A DNA stretch of 64,000 nt. It comes from an uncultured bacterium. GTDB taxonomy: Bacteria; Chloroflexota; UBA5177; JANWHV01. The notes under the pieces were generated by a model. That model searched no databases. It had not been told where the DNA came from and saw only the letters and a program-made list of their open reading frames with translations. Both the position numbers and the translations under genes were made by a program. Where the stretch lies: positions 608,001-672,000 of the forward strand of contig CAWHAE010000010.1 in the NCBI GenBank assembly GCA_963827235.1. The letters are read 5' to 3'. Position 1 is the stretch's first letter. The number at the start of each line of letters is the position of its first letter. This document shows, piece by piece, positions 61,232-64,000 of this stretch.

Positions 61232-62284
61232 TCATCCATTGAGAGCACTTGAGCGGTCAGCGATCGGCCAGACCGGCCGACCCTCGGGAACCAGAGACTC
61301 AGCTGGCTGCGCGCTCGGTCCGCGCTCGGCTTCAGACTCCCGCGGGCGGGCCAAGAGCCATGTGCCCTCGCCGGCGCTGAGCAGCAGCCCAACAAAAAGA
61401 CAAATCACACCGATATTAGAGAAGAGCGCCGCGGCCAGCAAGCTGACGATACGCAACTGGCCGGTCGTGCCGTACGAGCCCAATGCACGGGCCGCGAGGC
61501 ACATCGCCGCGACCAGGTTAAGGGCTCCCGGTACGCCGAAGAAGACGAGTGGATGTCTCTTGCTGAACAGGTGCAAAATTCCGTGCAGCACGTTGAGCCC
61601 GTGCGCAATCGGGTTGCGCTTGGCCGGCTCCTCATAGCAGACCGTGATCGGAACCTCCGCCACACGCAGCCCCAGCTCCCCTGCCTGAAACTGCAGCTCG
61701 GACATCACCGACCAGCTGCGGACTTCGAACACGATTCGCTGTATCGCCTGCGGTGAGAAGGCGCGAAACCCGCTCTGCGAGTCCGTCAGCCGTACGCCCG
61801 AGCTCATATTGGTTGCCACCGTCAGCGCGTGCTGGCCAAGCTTGCGAATGGTGGGTACGGGGCTGCGAAGACTGAGGAATCGCGATCCCACCGAGATATC
61901 TGCCTCTCCGGCCAGCACCGGCTCCAGCACAGTTTCGATCTCGGCGGCGTGGTGCTGCCCGTCACCATCGATCAGCACAAGCGCGGCAGCACCGAGATCA
62001 CGAGCCTCGCGGAAGGCGCTGTTGATGGCCTGACCGTAACCCCGGTTGCTACCGTGTCGAACCACGAGGGCGCCAGCTGCCCTGGCGATCTCCGCGGTAT
62101 CGTCGCTCGATCCGTCGTCGATCACCACGACTATGTCGACGTACCTTCCCACGCTGAGGACGACGCTGCCAATGAATCGCTCTTCATTGTAGGCCGGAAT
62201 CGCCGCCACAACCGGCCTCCTACTCAGGCCGGCCTGTGCAGCATCCGACTCCGTCGTGACATCGTGGACCGATAGAGTCGCCAT
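61232..62284 (-). CDS. DPM1-like polyprenyl-phosphate glycosyltransferase (GT2) with C-terminal TMs
   Basis: IPAYNEE, IDDGSSD, NRGYG, DGDGQH, GSRF, TDSQSGFRA. Confidence 0.92.
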   Translation of the reverse strand: MATLSVHDVTTESDAAQAGLSRRPVVAAIPAYNEERFIGSVVLSVGRYVDIVVVIDDGSSDDTAEIARAAGALVVRHGSNRGYGQAINSAFREARDLGAAALVLIDGDGQHHAAEIETVLEPVLAGEADISVGSRFLSLRSPVPTIRKLGQHALTVATNMSSGVRLTDSQSGFRAFSPQAIQRIVFEVRSWSVMSELQFQAGELGLRVAEVPITVCYEEPAKRNPIAHGLNVLHGILHLFSKRHPLVFFGVPGALNLVAAMCLAARALGSYGTTGQLRIVSLLAAALFSNIGVICLFVGLLLSAGEGTWLLARPRESEAERGPSAQPAESLVPEGRPVWPIADRSSALNG

Positions 62285-62390
62285 CGCCGACACCCCCGTC
62301 CTATGACCAACGCGTGGACCCAGCAGCCTCGGGTCCTGCACCCCTACCGCCGCTATGCACCAGGTCGGGCACCAATTGTGCATTTGAGCC

Positions 62391-62465
62391 GGCTTCACCG
62401 TAGCACAAAAGGAAAGAGATCGCAATGGTGGCATGCCATTATACCAGGGCCGTAAATGAATGCAA
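62391..62465 (-). promoter_or_regulatory. Sigma-70 promoter plus conserved leader element
   Basis: TTGCAT-N16-TATAAT followed by GCCACCATTGCG..TTTTGTGCTACGGTGA. Confidence 0.7.
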
Positions 62466-62569
62466 TAGGATTGTTCAGCTATTGAAAGGCAGTACTTTCG
62501 GGTGGTGTTCCCAGCGCCTAATCGGCGCGGTTGTATACTGAGCGCAGCAATCCGGGGGGGAAACCGGCC

Positions 62570-64000
62570 ATGCCGCACCGCAAGAGACGACGATCGCGCT
62601 ACGTGTTGCTTCTCCTGTTCCTTGCTCTGCTGGCGGCGGCCGGCTACCTGGGCGTGCAGGCCCGCGACGTGTGGACGGACACCATGGCGGGCCGCACGGC
62701 GTTGAACCTGGGACTCGACTCGTTGCAGACGGACCGGATTACGCGGATCACGCAGCAGCAGGTCGACGTCGCGCGCGCCTCGTTCCGGCAGGCCTACTCC
62801 GACTTCAGTCGGGCGCGCGGCAAGCTCGATCCCTGGGGCGACCTGGCCGCCGACCACGGTTCCTTCCTGCCCGGGCCGGCGGCGCAGGCGCGCGGCGCGG
62901 CGCCGCTGCTCGACCTGGGCCGGACCACGGCGGCCATGGGCGAGACGCTCTGCGACGGGCTCGGCCCGCTGGTCGCCGTGCTCCACGACGCCCCATCCGG
63001 CGCGACCGCGACCGCCCCGGTTCTGCTCTCCGACCGCGGCCGGACGGCTTCGACGCTCGAGCGCCTCACGGCCAGCCTGGAGCAGGCACAGGGCTCGTTC
63101 GCTTCCGCCCAGGCGCTGCTGGCAAAGGCACGGGCGATCCGCGCTCGCCTGGCCGCGCTGCCGCCTGTCGACGGCACCGCCTCGCTGCTCGCCACCTTCG
63201 ACCGCGACGCCGGCAAGCTGGCCTCCGCCCTCACCTATGCCCGCGCCCTGCCGGGCATGCTCGGCGGCACACGGCCGCACTCCTACCTGTTCCTGTTCCA
63301 GGACACGGCCGACCTGCGGGCCACGGGCGGCTTCATCGGATCGGCCGCCGTGATCTCGGTCTCGCAGGGCCGGCTCACGGAGACGGACTACGAGAGCACC
63401 GGGCTCGGCGCCCCCAGCGGCGGCCTTGCCCTGCCCGAGAGCAAACCCATGGCGCCGCCGGCTCCCCTGCTCTACTACATGCACGGCTCGCACCTACAGC
63501 TCTGGGACGCCAACTTCTGGCCCGACTTCCCCACCTCCGCCGCCACGATCGAGCAAATCTTATGCCACGGCCACCGGGTCGCACCTGGACGGCGTGGTGG
63601 CGCTGAACCCGTCCACCATTTCCTACCTGCTGCAGGCCCTGGGACCGCTGCCCATCCCGGACTACCACGAGACGCTGACCGCCGCCAACGCGGTCGATCG
63701 GCTGGAGTACTACGTGCACAACCGCACGGGCGCGGCGAGCGACCCGAACCGCAAGCGCTTCCTGGTCGAGGTCGTGCACGCCGTGCTGCAGCGGCTGACC
63801 GCCATGCACGGAGACACGCCGGTCGCCGTGCTCGACGACCTGGTCTCGGCCCTGGACGATCGCAGTATGATGATCGCTGTGACCGACACGACCTTCGCCG
63901 GCGGGCTGCGGCAGGCACACTGGGACGGCGGTCTGAGGACGGATGCCGGCGATTACCTGGGCGTGTTCGACCAGAACGTGGGGGACAGCAAGCTGAATCC
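62570..64000 (+). CDS. DUF4012 protein (runs off the window; +1 frameshift at about 63560); missing from the ORF track
   Basis: Basic N-terminus + TM; YLFLFQDTADLRATGGFIG, DANFWPDFPTSA; after the shift LDGVVALNP..SYLL..LGP, N.GDSKLN. Confidence 0.85.
   Translation, partial: MPHRKRRRSRYVLLLLFLALLAAAGYLGVQARDVWTDTMAGRTALNLGLDSLQTDRITRITQQQVDVARASFRQAYSDFSRARGKLDPWGDLAADHGSFLPGPAAQARGAAPLLDLGRTTAAMGETLCDGLGPLVAVLHDAPSGATATAPVLLSDRGRTASTLERLTASLEQAQGSFASAQALLAKARAIRARLAALPPVDGTASLLATFDRDAGKLASALTYARALPGMLGGTRPHSYLFLFQDTADLRATGGFIGSAAVISVSQGRLTETDYESTGLGAPSGGLALPESKPMAPPAPLLYYMHGSHLQLWDANFWPDFPTSAATIEQILCHGHRVAPGRRGGAEPVHHFLPAAGPGTAAHPGLPRDADRRQRGRSAGVLRAQPHGRGERPEPQALPGRGRARRAAAADRHARRHAGRRARRPGLGPGRSQYDDRCDRHDLRRRAAAGTLGRRSEDGCRRLPGRVRPERGGQQAES

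Noticed and set aside
62285-63493. 400-aa N-terminal extension of the GT2 in the ORF track
   Set aside because: Antisense to DUF4012 and runs through the promoter; real start is most likely 62284

Overview
GC-rich bacterial DNA, most likely Chloroflexota (inferred from two Chlor_Arch_YYY/DUF2298 genes, Uma2/XisI genes, a GAAC-N4-GTTC LexA box and Thr-rich secreted proteins). The window has four blocks. (1) 1.5-17 kb: a + strand cell-envelope operon of GT-C-fold glycosyltransferase-like proteins (ArnT/PMT-like and DUF2298/YYY), a UPF0104 flippase-like protein and an NHL protein. (2) 17.7-27 kb: three large secreted proteins with long Thr-rich tracts; two are preceded by sigma-28-type promoters matching the one in front of an MCP gene. 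(3) 27-41 kb: an accessory, partly decaying zone with two Uma2 nucleases, a LexA-boxed promoter, an EspR-like HTH protein, an AbiEii-like pair, an MCP, XisI with a xisH scar, a duplicated EEP gene and two families of small intergenic repeats. (4) 41-64 kb: a lower-GC, 14-gene minus-strand surface-glycan operon headed by a poly-Thr two-TM microprotein, then two GT2 genes and a DUF4012 gene, bracketed by a duplicated promoter/leader cassette. The best candidates for undescribed systems are a GT-C/YYY protein O-glycosylation system acting on sigma-28-controlled Thr-rich surface proteins, and the poly-Thr microprotein-led glycan operon. No rRNA, tRNA, CRISPR array or transposase was seen. All family calls come from motif recognition by eye, not from database searches.
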